A stretch of DNA of 63,270 nucleotides, the filler included, from Octopus bimaculoides (Eukaryota), in the NCBI RefSeq assembly GCF_001194135.2. It is 4 parts of 4 records of this genome, joined end to end, with 100 filler letters (N's around TTAATTAATTAA, not from the genome) between each part and the next. Parts side by side here need not be neighbours in the genome. Positions count along the whole stretch, not along the records: positions 29,651 to 60,941 come from NC_069009.1; positions 61,042 to 63,270 come from NC_068984.1; 2 more parts are not named here. One strand, given 5' to 3'. Positions 52,745 to 63,270 of this stretch are shown here, piece by piece. The notes beneath the pieces are model-generated. The model was not told the DNA's origin. It saw nothing but the letters and a program-made list of their open reading frames with translations, and made no database searches. Position numbers and translations under genes: made by a program. Every line of letters starts with the position of its first letter. The first letter of the stretch is position 1.

Positions 52745-53115
52745 TGTTTACTTGTTTGTCAGTTGACTGCGGCCTTACTGGAGCATCTCCTTGAAGGGTT
52801 TTAGTCGAACAAACAGGACTTATTCTATGAGTGGTTTTTGCCGAACCGCTAGTTACGGGTACGTAAGTACACCAACACCAGTTGTCACGGAGTGAAAGGG
52901 GAACAAACATAACCCCCCCACACACACACACATATATATATACATATATACACATACACGACAGGCTTCTTTCAGTTTCCGTCTACTAAATCCACTCACA
53001 AGTCCTTAGTCGTTCCGAGGTTATAGTAGAAGACACTTGCCCTAGGTGCCACGCAGTAGGATTGAGCCCAGACCCATGTGATTGGGAAACAAGCTCCTTA
53101 CCATACAGCCACGCC
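52745..53115 (-). mobile_element. SINE family A, full length
   Basis: Direct inspection. Confidence 0.8.
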
Positions 53116-53976
53116 TATGCCTATATATATATATGTATGTATGTATGTATTTCAGTGTTACCTGGNNNNNNNNNNNNNNNNNNNNNNNNNNNNNNNNNNN
53201 NNNNNNNNNNNNNNNNNNNNNNNNNNNNNNNNNNNNNNNNNNNNNNNNNNNNNNNNNNNNNNNNNNNNNNNNNNNNNNNNNNNNNNNNNNNNNNNNNNNN
53301 NNNNNNNNNNNNNNNNNNNNNNNNNNNNNNNNNNNNNNNNNNNNNNNNNNNNNNNNNNNNNNNNNNNNNNNNNNNNNNNNNNNNNNNNNNNNNNNNNNNN
53401 NNNNNNNNNNNNNNNNNNNNNNNNNNNNNNNNNNNNNNNNNNNNNNNNNNNNNNNNNNNNNNNNNNNNNNNNNNNNNNNNNNNNNNNNNNNNNNNNNNNN
53501 NNNNNNNNNNNNNNNNNNNNNNNNNNNNNNNNNNNNNNNNNNNNNNNNNNNNNNNNNNNNNNNNNNNNNNNNNNNNNNNNNNNNNNNNNNNNNNNNNNNN
53601 NNNNNNNNNNNNNNNNNNNNNNNNNNNNNNNNNNNNNNNNNNNNNNNNNNNNNNNNNNNNNNNNNNNNNNNNNNNNNNNNNNNNNNNNNNNNNNNNNNNN
53701 NNNNNNNNNNNNNNNNNNNNNNNNNNNNNNNNNNNNNNNNNNNNNNNNNNNNNNNNNNNNNNNNNNNNNNNNNNNNNNNNNNNNNNNNNNNNNNNNNNNN
53801 NNNNNNNNNNNNNNNNNNNNNNNNNNNNNNNNNNNNNNNNNNNNNNNNAGTACTAGGCTTCCAAAGAATAAGACCTGGGGTCGATTAGCTCGACTAAAGG
53901 CGCTGCTCCAGCATGGCCGCAGTTAAATGACTGAAACAAGTAAAAGAGTAAAAGAGTAAAAGAGTATATATATATA

Positions 53977-54163
53977 CGTATAAGAAGGGATGACCACTAA
54001 GTGGACATCCGATATGCTAAAAAGAGATCATCCACGATCTAACCACAAAGAAAGGTGTTTGCTGAATTTTTTCTAGAGAACATTATTTTCTTTGTGGTTA
54101 GATCGTGGATGATCTCTTTCTAGCGTATCAGATGTCCACTTAGTGGCCATCCCTTCTTATACG
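53977..54163. repeat. Foldback hairpin: 77-bp arms, 33-bp loop
   Basis: 53977-54053 and 54087-54163 are reverse complements with 4 transition mismatches. Confidence 0.95.
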
Positions 54164-54172
54164 CTTGTAATA

Positions 54173-54459
54173 CAATTTTTCTAAATTTTCAGATTAACAC
54201 CCGTACGATTTTCACTAGGGTGTTAGGGTTAGGGTTTTAGGGTCAGTGTTACGGTTAGGGTTAGGATTAGTGTTATGGTTACGGTTAGGGACGGAATTCC
54301 CTAACCCTAACCCTAAAACTCTAACCCGAACCCTAAAACCCTAACCGTTACCCTAACTGTAACCCTAAACCCTAACCCTAAAACCCTAACCCTGACCCTA
54401 AAACCCTAACACCCTAGTGAAAATCGTGCGGATGTTAATCTGAAAATTTACCAAAATTT
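54173..54459. repeat. Foldback element of degenerate (TTAGGG)n facing (CCCTAA)n
   Basis: Unique outer arms AAATTTTCAGATTAACA(C/T)CCG(T/C)ACGATTTTCACTAGGGTGTTAGGG mirrored; centre GGAATTCC at 54293-54300. Confidence 0.9.
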
Positions 54460-54537
54460 GTTCCTGAGATTTAAAGACGAAGCAAAAACTAAATTTTATT
54501 GGAAATTGTAGTCTTTTGAATACGAAAGAAATTTCTG

Positions 54538-54783
54538 TCAGACAGAATCAAGGGTATTTTGAGAATAAAAAACCTCTCCTCCCATAAAACAACCAGTTAA
54601 AATAACAGCCCGAATAATATGAGACATTATTGCAAATATGTGCTGTACGAGATATTCTCGAAGGGTTCTGTTATTTTTGCTGTTTTTGAGCAAGAGTGAC
54701 ACAGTTCTGAGCACGCAGTTACCATCAACTATGACTTTATAGAAAAGATATAAGCTAATAGGATTTTGTTCAATATTTCTCAA
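54538..54783 (-). pseudogene. Decayed OTU-like cysteine protease fragment
   Basis: KVIVDGNCVLRTVSLLL (cf. DGNCLFRAVS) and GCFMGGEV (cf. G.WGG..E); TTG start, short. Confidence 0.5.
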
Positions 54784-55145
54784 TGAATTTGATAAGCTAC
54801 TTTAACTTCTGTTTAAACTTTAGATGGCTTTTCGTGAAGAGGACGGTGATTGATAAGGGTTTGAATAATACCAATTTCCTCCTTAGAAATTTGTTTTTAT
54901 AGCTTTATAAGAACTAAAAAGCAGAAATGAATATTTTTCAATGAATTTAATAAGCTATTTTACCTTCAGTAGGTAGCTTCTACGCGAACGGGTTCGAGAC
55001 TCACAATTATATATAACACCAAAGACATTGTGGTTGAATAATAACCATTTCTTCCTAAGAAGATTGTCTTTCTAGCTTTATAAGTAGCAAAAAACAGAAA
55101 TGAATATTTTGCATTGAATTTAATAAGATACCTCACCTTCCATGT
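54770..55145. repeat. Degenerate tandem repeat, about 160-170 bp x3
   Basis: AATATTT.TCAATGAATTT.ATAAG.TA.TT.A.CTTC-like motif at about 54770, 54929 and 55101. Confidence 0.65.
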
Positions 55146-55745
55146 TGACTTTACGCGTCTCCTTCGTGAAACAAAAGTGATGAAGATTCTAAGCAATTAG
55201 CAGACGGTATTTCATGACGTCTGCTCATAAATGGAAAAGGAATGCTTCGGTTGTTTCCGGATCGTTCCGGTTTAAACAGTGTTTGTCGAATACACATGTG
55301 TGTGCGCGTGTGGAAGTGTGGGGGAGACGAAGAAAGAAAGAAAGAAAGAAAGTGAGGGAGGGAGGGAGAGAGAGAGAGAGAGAGAGAGCTAGGAGACGGG
55401 AGTGAAAGACGAAGAAAGACGGGAAAAGATTGAGAAGTTGTGCACACGTGAGCCTCTGTGTGTGTGTGTAATGAACAGTATAATATGTGTGTGTGTGTGT
55501 GATGAACAGTATAATGCTTTAGTTACCATGCCTCTACCACTTCACTTAGTTATCTACCTCAATGCTCCTCCTCCTTCCACTCACGTCAATCCACCTCCTC
55601 CTCCTCCTCCTCCTTCGACTTACCAAAAGTAGCTCACGCGTCCATCGCAGTTTTATAAGTCATAGACTTTTTTCAGGGAGATTTAGCTGCTGTTTCTAGC
55701 TAGTCTAGCAACCATGTAGAGGTCTCCTTCGTTGGATCATTTGTC

Positions 55746-55890
55746 ACACAGGTCCAGTTGATCCGATCAACGAAACATCCTTTCCGCGAAGTTAACGTGC
55801 AAGTGGCTGAGCACTCCACAGACACATGTTCCCTTAACGTAGTTCTCAGGGAGATTCAGTGTGACACGGAATGTGACAAGACTGGCCCCT
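55746..55890 (-). mobile_element. SINE family C partial body
   Basis: Reverse complement of the 45220-45355 segment. Confidence 0.8.
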
Positions 55891-55899
55891 TTGAAATAC

Positions 55900-56135
55900 A
55901 ATATGTACGTGTGTGTGTATGTTTGTGTATCTGTGTTTGTCCCTCCGACATCGCTTGACAACCGATGGTGGCGTGTTTACGTCCCCATAACATTAGCGGT
56001 TCGGCAATATAGACCGATAGAATAAGTACTAGGCTTCTGAAAAAAGAATAAGTCCTGGGGTCGATTTGCTCGACTAAAGGCGGTGCTCCAGCATGGCCGC
56101 AGTCAAATGACTGAAACAAGTAAAAGAGTAAAAGA

Positions 56136-56136
<1 letters not shown>
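55900..56136 (+). mobile_element. Young family A SINE 3' half with (GTAAAAGA)n tail
   Basis: Nearly identical tail also at 53850-53966. Confidence 0.85.
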
Positions 56137-56175
<39 letters not shown>

Positions 56176-56187
56176 GTATATACATAC

Positions 56188-56222
<35 letters not shown>

Positions 56223-56718
56223 NNNNNNNNNNNNNNNNNNNNNNNNNNNNNNNNNNNNNNNNNNNNNNNNNNNNNNNNNNNNNNNNNNNNNNNNNNNNNN
56301 NNNNNNNNNNNNNNNNNNNNNNNNNNNNNNNNNNNNNNNNNNNNNNNNNNNNNNNNNNNNNNNNNNNNNNNNNNNNNNNNNNNNNNNNNNNNNNNNNNNN
56401 NNNNNNNNNNNNNNNNNNNNNNNNNNNNNNNNNNNNNNNNNNNNNNNNNNNNNNNNNNNNNNNNNNNNNNNNNNNNNNNNNNNNNNNNNNNNNNNNNNNN
56501 NNNNNNNNNNNNNNNNNNNNNNNNNNNTATATATATATAAATGACAGGCTTCCCACAGTTTCCGTCTATCAAATTCATTCACAAAGCTTCGGTTGGCTTG
56601 AGGCTACAGAAGAAGACACTTGCCCAAGGTGCCATGCAGTGGGAATGAACCGGGAACCATGTGGTTGGGAAACAAACTTCTTGCCACACAGGCTCATACG
56701 TACAGCCGGGTGTTATGT

Positions 56719-57213
56719 GAGGGAGATTTGACTGCTATTTTTACCAGGTTTAGAAATCATGTAGAGGTGCCCCTGATTGGCTCATACATACATATGTACA
56801 CACATAAGACAGTAGAGTGGGATTTGANNNNNNNNNNGTTTTGGCTGCTATTTTTACCAGGTTTAGAAATCATGTGGAGGTGCCCCTGATTGGCTCATAC
56901 ATACATATGTACACACATAAGACAGTAGAGTGGGATTTGAGGGAGGTTTGGCTGCTATTTCTACCAGGTTTAGAAATCATGTAGAGGGGCCCCTGATTGG
57001 CTCATACATACATATGTACACACATAAGACAGTAGGGTGGGATTTGAGGGAGTTTTGGCTGCTATTTCTACCAGGTTTAGAAATTATGTGGAGGTGCCCC
57101 TGATTGGCTCATACATACATATGTACACACATAAGACAGTAGGGTTGGATTTGAGGGAGTTTTGGCTGCTATTTCTACCAGGTCTAGCCACCATGTAAAG
57201 GTCTCCCTCATTG
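56719..57213. repeat. 107-bp tandem array, about 4.5 copies
   Basis: GATTGG anchors at 56888, 56995 and 57102 give an exact 107-bp period; a 10-N gap lies in the array. Confidence 0.9.
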
Positions 57214-58185
57214 GTGATGTTATATTGTGACTTAAATGATTTGAGAGGTGTGTGTATATGATTGTATTGTGTGTGTGCGTGTGTGTGTGTGCGTGTGTGT
57301 GTGAGGGTTCGGAGTAGAGTGTGGTGGGCACGTCGGTGGAGTTAGGGTGGGACGATGGAATGAGGGTGGGNNNNNNNNNNNNNNNNNNNNNNNNNNNNNN
57401 NNNNNNNNNNNNNNNNNNNNNNNNNNNNNNNNNNNNNNNNNNNNNNNNNNNNNNNNNNNNNNNNNNNNNNNNNNNNNNNNNNNNNNNNNNNNNNNNNNNN
57501 NNNNNNNNNNNNNNNNNNNNNNNNNNNNNNNNNNNNNNNNNNNNNNNNNNNNNNNNNNNNNNNNNNNNNNNNNNNNNNNNNNNNNNNNNNNNNNNNNNNN
57601 NNNNNNNNNNNNNNNNNNNNNNNNNNNNNNNNNNNNNNNNNNNNNNNNNNNNNNNNNNNNNNNNNNNNNNNNNNNNNNNNNNNNNNNNNNNNNNNNNNNN
57701 NNNNNNNNNNNNNNNNNNNNNNNNNNNNNNNNNNNNNNNNNNNNNNNNNNNNNNNNNNNNNNNNNNNNNNNNNNNNNNNNNNNNNNNNNNNNNNNNNNNN
57801 NNNNNNNNNNNNNNNNNNNNNNNNNNNNNNNNNNNNNNNNNNNNNNNNNNNNNNNNNNNNNNNNNNNNNNNNNNNNNNNNNNNNNNNNNNNNNNNNNNNN
57901 NNNNNNNNNNNNNNNNNNNNNNNNNNNNNNNNNNNNNNNNNNNNNNNNNNNNNNNNNNNNNNNNNNNNNNNNNNNNNNNNNNNNNNNNNNNNNNNNNNNN
58001 NNNNNNNNNNNNNNNNNNNNNNNNNNNNNNNNNNNNNNNNNNNNNNNNNNNNNNNNNNNNNNNNNNNNNNNNNNNNNNNNNNNNNNNNNNNNNNNNNNNN
58101 NNNNNNNNNNNNNNNNNNNNNNNNNNNNGTAGTAGTAGTAGTGGTGGTGGTGGTGGTGGTAGTAGTAGTAGTAGTAGTGGTGGTG

Positions 58186-58220
<35 letters not shown>

Positions 58221-58694
58221 GATAGTGGTGGTGGTAGTAGAGGCGGTAGTAAATGTAGTTGGACAGGTACCGTTCGTTGAGTGGTAGTGACGACACTGTA
58301 CGGCATATAATGTATATGTGGTAGTAGTAACCACTGATTAATACGTGGCGTATGTAACAACAGTATAGGCAGCAGTGGCAGCATGACGTAGTACCAATGA
58401 TTGTGGTGGTGGTAGTACTGGTAGTAGTATTATAGATAGTTGTGGTGTTGGTTGTAACAGTAGCGGTTGCAATTGCAGTGGTGATTGTAGAGGTTGTTGC
58501 GGTTGTTGTTCTTTAGTAGTCCGACAGGTGTTGTTCTTTCCATCCACAGCGTTCCAACCGTGACCATTCCAACGGCTGTACTATCCAATACGTCTTGCAT
58601 TATTTAAGAAAGTTGCTGTGTGAATCTGAGGGTTATTTGGCTGCTATTTCTGTTAGGACAAGTAACCATGTAGAGGCATCCTGGGTTGTGGGCG

Positions 58695-59345
58695 TTGCTG
58701 TTATTTAGCCCCTGGTTAGTCTTAATGCAGTAAACCAAACGATCAAAGACGCTCCAGCCATGACCATCCCATCTTTTACTCAGACATAGTGTATCTAGGA
58801 TAACATTATCTAATGTGTAGTGGTTAGTGTTAGTGGCTATAGCTGTTGTTGGTGTTGTTGTTTAACCCCAGGTCAGTGCTGATCCAGCAGACCTATGATC
58901 AAAGATGTTCCAGCTGTGACCATCCTATCTTTTATTCAGGCATTGTCTATCTAGGACTACAATATCTAATGTACTGTATAGCAGATAGTGGCTATAATTG
59001 TTATTTAGCCCTAGGTCAGTCCTGATCAAAGATGTCCCAGTTATGACTATCCTATGTATCATTCAGCCATAGTGTATCTAGGACTACAATATTTAATGTG
59101 TTGTATAATGATTAGCATTGGTGTTTATAGTTGTTATTGTTGTTCAGCCCTAGGTCAGTCCTGATCCAGACAGACCTCTAATCAAAGCTGTTCCAGCTGT
59201 GACCATCCCATCTTTTATTCAGGCATAGCATATCTAGGACTACATTATCCAATGTACAGTATAGTAGATAGTATTATTAGCTCTCTTAGTTGCTGTTTAG
59301 CCCAAGGTCAGTCCTGATCCCATAGACCTATGATCAAAGATGTGA
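58695..59345. repeat. Third array (about 5 units) of the ~145-bp monomer
   Basis: GGT(C/T)AG anchors at 58714, 58871, 59014, 59153 and 59306. Confidence 0.85.
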
Positions 59346-60941
59346 TGGTGTTGACGATTGAGGTGGTGGTTGTAGTGTTGATGGTAGTGCCATGGTAGTT
59401 AGTGATGCTTGTACAGGTTGTGGTATAAAACGGTAGTGGAGATAGTAGTGGTAGTGGTGGAGGTGGTTGTTATGATGGTGGACTGGGTTCTAGTTTAGTT
59501 GGCATGTGTGATGGTGGTTGTGGTGATGGTTAGGTTAGTGGTGGTGGTGGTGGTTGTAATAATGTCCTTTGTAGTTAGTGACAGTGTCAGTGGTGGTGGT
59601 TGTGGTAATGGTGTTGATGGTGGTGATGGTGATACTAGTGATGGTGGTGGTGNNNNNNNNNNNNNNNNNNNNNNNNNNNNNNNNNNNNNNNNNNNNNNNN
59701 NNNNNNNNNNNNNNNNNNNNNNNNNNNNNNNNNNNNNNNNNNNNNNNNNNNNNNNNNNNNNNNNNNNNNNNNNNNNNNNNNNNNNNNNNNNNNNNNNNNN
59801 NNNNNNNNNNNNNNNNNNNNNNNNNNNNNNNNNNNNNNNNNNNNNNNNNNNNNNNNNNNNNNNNNNNNNNNNNNNNNNNNNNNNNNNNNNNNNNNNNNNN
59901 NNNNNNNNNNNNNNNNNNNNNNNNNNNNNNNNNNNNNNNNNNNNNNNNNNNNNNNNNNNNNNNNNNNNNNNNNNNNNNNNNNNNNNNNNNNNNNNNNNNN
60001 NNNNNNNNNNNNNNNNNNNNNNNNNNNNNNNNNNNNNNNNNNNNNNNNNNNNNNNNNNNNNNNNNNNNNNNNNNNNNNNNNNNNNNNNNNNNNNNNNNNN
60101 NNNNNNNNNNNNNNNNNNNNNNNNNNNNNNNNNNNNNNNNNNNNNNNNNNNNNNNNNNNNNNNNNNNNNNNNNNNNNNNNNNNNNNNNNNNNNNNNNNNN
60201 NNNNNNNNNNNNNNNNNNNNNNNNNNNNNNNNNNNNNNNNNNNNNNNNNNNNNNNNNNNNNNNNNNNNNNNNNNNNNNNNNNNNNNNNNNNNNNNNNNNN
60301 NNNNNNNNNNNNNNNNNNNNNNNNNNNNNNNNNNNNNNNNNNNNNNNNNNNNNNNNNNNNNNNNNNNNNNNNNNNNNNNNNNNNNNNNNNNNNNNNNNNN
60401 NNNNNNNNNNNNNNNNNNNNNNNNNNNNNNNNNNNNNNNNNNNNNNNNNNNNNNNNNNNNNNNNNNNNNNNNNNNNNNNNNNNNNNNNNNNNNNNNNNNN
60501 NNNNNNNNNNNNNNNNNNNNNNNNNNNNNNNNNNNNNNNNNNNNNNNNNNNNTGATGATGGTGTTGGTTGTAGTGGTGGTGGTGGTGATAGTTGTGGCAG
60601 TGGTGATGCTTATAGTGGTGGTAGTGATGATGGTGTTGGTTGTGGTGATGCTGGTGATGATGGTGTTGATGGTGGTGATGATGATGGTAATAGTTGTGGT
60701 GGTGGTGATGCTCATACTGGTGATGGTGATGATGGTTGTTGGTAGAGGTGGTGGTAGTGGTGGTGGTGGTTATGGTGGTGATGGTTGTGGTTGTGGCGGT
60801 AGTTATAATGCGCTTTGTAGTTAGGGGCATTGCCTGTGGTGCAGGCAATTGTTGAGGTGATAGTGGTAGTGATGATAGTGTTGGTAGTGGTGCTGGAAGT
60901 GGTGATGGTGGTGGTGGTGGTGGTGGTGGTGCCACCGTTCG

Positions 60942-61041
60942 NNNNNNNNNNNNNNNNNNNNNNNNNNNNNNNNNNNNNNNNNNNNTTAATTAATTAANNN
61001 NNNNNNNNNNNNNNNNNNNNNNNNNNNNNNNNNNNNNNNNN
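60942..61041. other. Artificial scaffold linker
   Basis: 44 N + TTAATTAATTAA + 44 N. Confidence 0.95.
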
Positions 61042-61207
61042 AAAATATAGCCACAAAACGTGTGTAGTCATGTTCATACCATTTACTAGTTATCCTTTTA
61101 TGTACTTTATTGATTTTTGGAATAAGGTTTTTATGATATATTTATTTTCTAGAGGGTATGAATTACATTCTTCATTATTAAATAATTTAATAGTGGTTTT
61201 TCTCTAA

Positions 61208-61245
<38 letters not shown>

Positions 61246-61475
61246 TACATAGAGAATGCAAGAGTGCAATGAAATAATTTAACAAAAAACTATATAAATT
61301 AATAAAGGACTGAACCAGTGCGTGTGTTTATTACCGGCATAATGCCTCTCCCAAGGTTTAATTGTATTTCTTTCAACACACGTATCCACATCAAGAATCT
61401 TGCACACGAAATGCACATACGAAATATATATGTAAACCTAATCTTATATATATGTATTTTTCTCAAATGATAATG

Positions 61476-61571
61476 TTGTTGACAGTGACTTCGAAGTTTC
61501 ATCCAGCTAAGCCATTGCGTGCAGTCTGATGACAGATTAACTGGCTGCACTTTTGAAGTCACTGTCAACAA
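61476..61571. other. 96-nt hairpin with a 17-bp perfect outer stem
   Basis: TTGTTGACAGTGACTTC / GAAGTCACTGTCAACAA, with imperfect inner pairing. Confidence 0.7.
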
Positions 61572-61659
61572 TGTTCTTAAATCTGTACTGCAGAAAAGTA
61601 TAGAGTAATCCACCAGATTAGTTAAAAGTTAATTTAATCCATTCTTTTCCTTCTACTAA

Positions 61660-61860
61660 AAGCACAAGGCCTGAAAGTTTAGGGAAGTGTGTAAGTTGAT
61701 TACATCAACTTCAGCACCCAACAGGTGCTTTATTTCATCAACTCCGAAAGGAGGAAAGATAAAGCTGACCTTGGCAGTACTTGGACTAAGAACACGAAGA
61801 CAGATGAAATGCTGCTAAGCATTTTGCCCAGCGTGCTAACAATTTTGCTAGCTAGCCACC
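61660..61860 (-). mobile_element. SINE family B
   Basis: Same block as other B copies. Confidence 0.75.
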
Positions 61861-63270
61861 CTAATGGAAAAGTTAATATAATACAAACATCAATGTAATC
61901 TTGTATCTCTCTATTTATCCATCCATCCATCCATCCATCCATCCATCCATCAATCAATCTCTCTACCTGTGTGTGTTCATGAGTGTATGTTAAGGAACAC
62001 CTTTCCAGCATCAAACTTCGAGTAATAGAAAAATTGTCAACTTCAACAGTAACAAATAAATGCATGTGTATGTGTGCTTATGTCTATGGAGATGTGTGCA
62101 TTTTTGTTTGTCTTCACAATATTTCAGATAACTTCTTCCTATTTTCTTTAGTTTTGCTTTTTGACATTTCTCACATGTTTTACCATTCTTTAATATTCTG
62201 GTGGAGATGTGTGTGTGTGTGTGTGTGTGCTCACAAGGTTTTAAGTTCTGATTGAAGACATCTAATAACTAGTTTGAACATCCCTACTTATGATCCATGT
62301 TGAATTCGATAAGTAACAATGAGTGAGACACCTGATTCTTGCTGGTTCATTTCATCTTACTATAAATAGGTACCATAAATAACTGCAACTGAATTCTTGA
62401 AACAGCAGAAGCATTGTAATTTGATAGATATTTCGATAGCTTTCTGAGCTGAGTTCAAATTGCCCTAACAGGTTTTTATTGCATGCGGGGTTCACTAACC
62501 TTAGATTACCTGTTAATAGAAACATTACGCGAAGGTGAAATCTTCAGTTAGGCCCCTACAACTAAATGATCCTGTTCTTGTTTTGGTTTTTGATGTTGTT
62601 AGCCCTATACTAGTTCTAACTCTGAAGTCTTTATCATCTGCCACATTCAGCCTTTAATCAACCACTGTGTGTGATGTGTTTACGGCGATCTACAGCAAAC
62701 TCATCCAATGTCTCACAAAGCAAGCAGAAGATTTGCAGTGACAAGAACAACACTGCTTGTAGCTTGTGACTTTACATATTATAATGTAAGCAGCTATACA
62801 CATGCACCCAAACACATATAAAACATACATACATAAGTGTGTGTGTGTGAGAGAGTATGCACGCATGTGTGTGCGTGTGCATGCATGTATGTGTACGTGT
62901 GTGTGTCTGTGTATGTGTCTGTGTATGCGTGTGTGTGTGTGTGTGTGTGTGTATGTGTCTGTGTGTATTATGCTATTATCAGTTTCAGCTGTATAAATGT
63001 TTGGGTGAATAAACAGGAGAAACTAATGAATACTTGAGTATATATATATCTATAATATATATATATATAACCCCTCCCACCTTGTCCAATCCGCCCTCGC
63101 CCGCGCTCGTCGAATCGACCGCACCACCGCCCTCTCTCCTCCCCCACACCAATCCCCTAACCGTACCCCCTTCCCACTCCGTTTCCACCCTGCCACCCTA
63201 CCCCTTCGTCGGAGGATCCTACGGGCCTTCCGTCGCCTCCAGCTCGATCCCACTACCCACCCCATTTTCC

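Noticed and set aside
61519-61560. Hammerhead-like CTGATGA flanked by GTGCAG/CTGCAC and a CAG/CTG hairpin
   Set aside because: The required GAAA after stem II and a stem III with a UH site are absent.
63070-63270. C-rich block with CCAAT and CCGCCC motifs as a promoter
   Set aside because: Truncated by the window edge, follows a (TA)n tract like many repeats here, and has no linked exon.

Overview
Eukaryotic, repeat-rich and gap-rich genomic DNA. The SINE families, microsatellite load and LINE families point to an octopod cephalopod (inference). Three artificial 100-bp linkers (44 N + TTAATTAATTAA + 44 N) at 14996, 29551 and 60942 show the window is four joined scaffolds, so adjacency across them is unproven. 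The only well-supported host gene is an alpha-arrestin (ARRDC3-like) on the + strand: five internal exons between 18323 and 27903 with consistent GT-AG phases; I could not find its first or last exon. The rest is mostly three tRNA-derived SINE families, decayed retroelements (Penelope-like, RTE, R4/Dong-like), DNA transposons and MITEs (Tc1, mariner, pogo, piggyBac-type, a GG-ended TIR element) and microsatellites. The most unusual structures are: a foldback element built of head-to-head telomeric repeats beside a second hairpin and a decayed OTU-protease frame; two different tandem arrays derived from one retro-element; an RTE reverse transcriptase carrying a PHD-like finger; and a pogo element that may offer a cryptic terminal exon to the arrestin gene. 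Most long ORFs in the supplied track are artefacts of N runs and microsatellites. Coordinates of decayed repeats are approximate.
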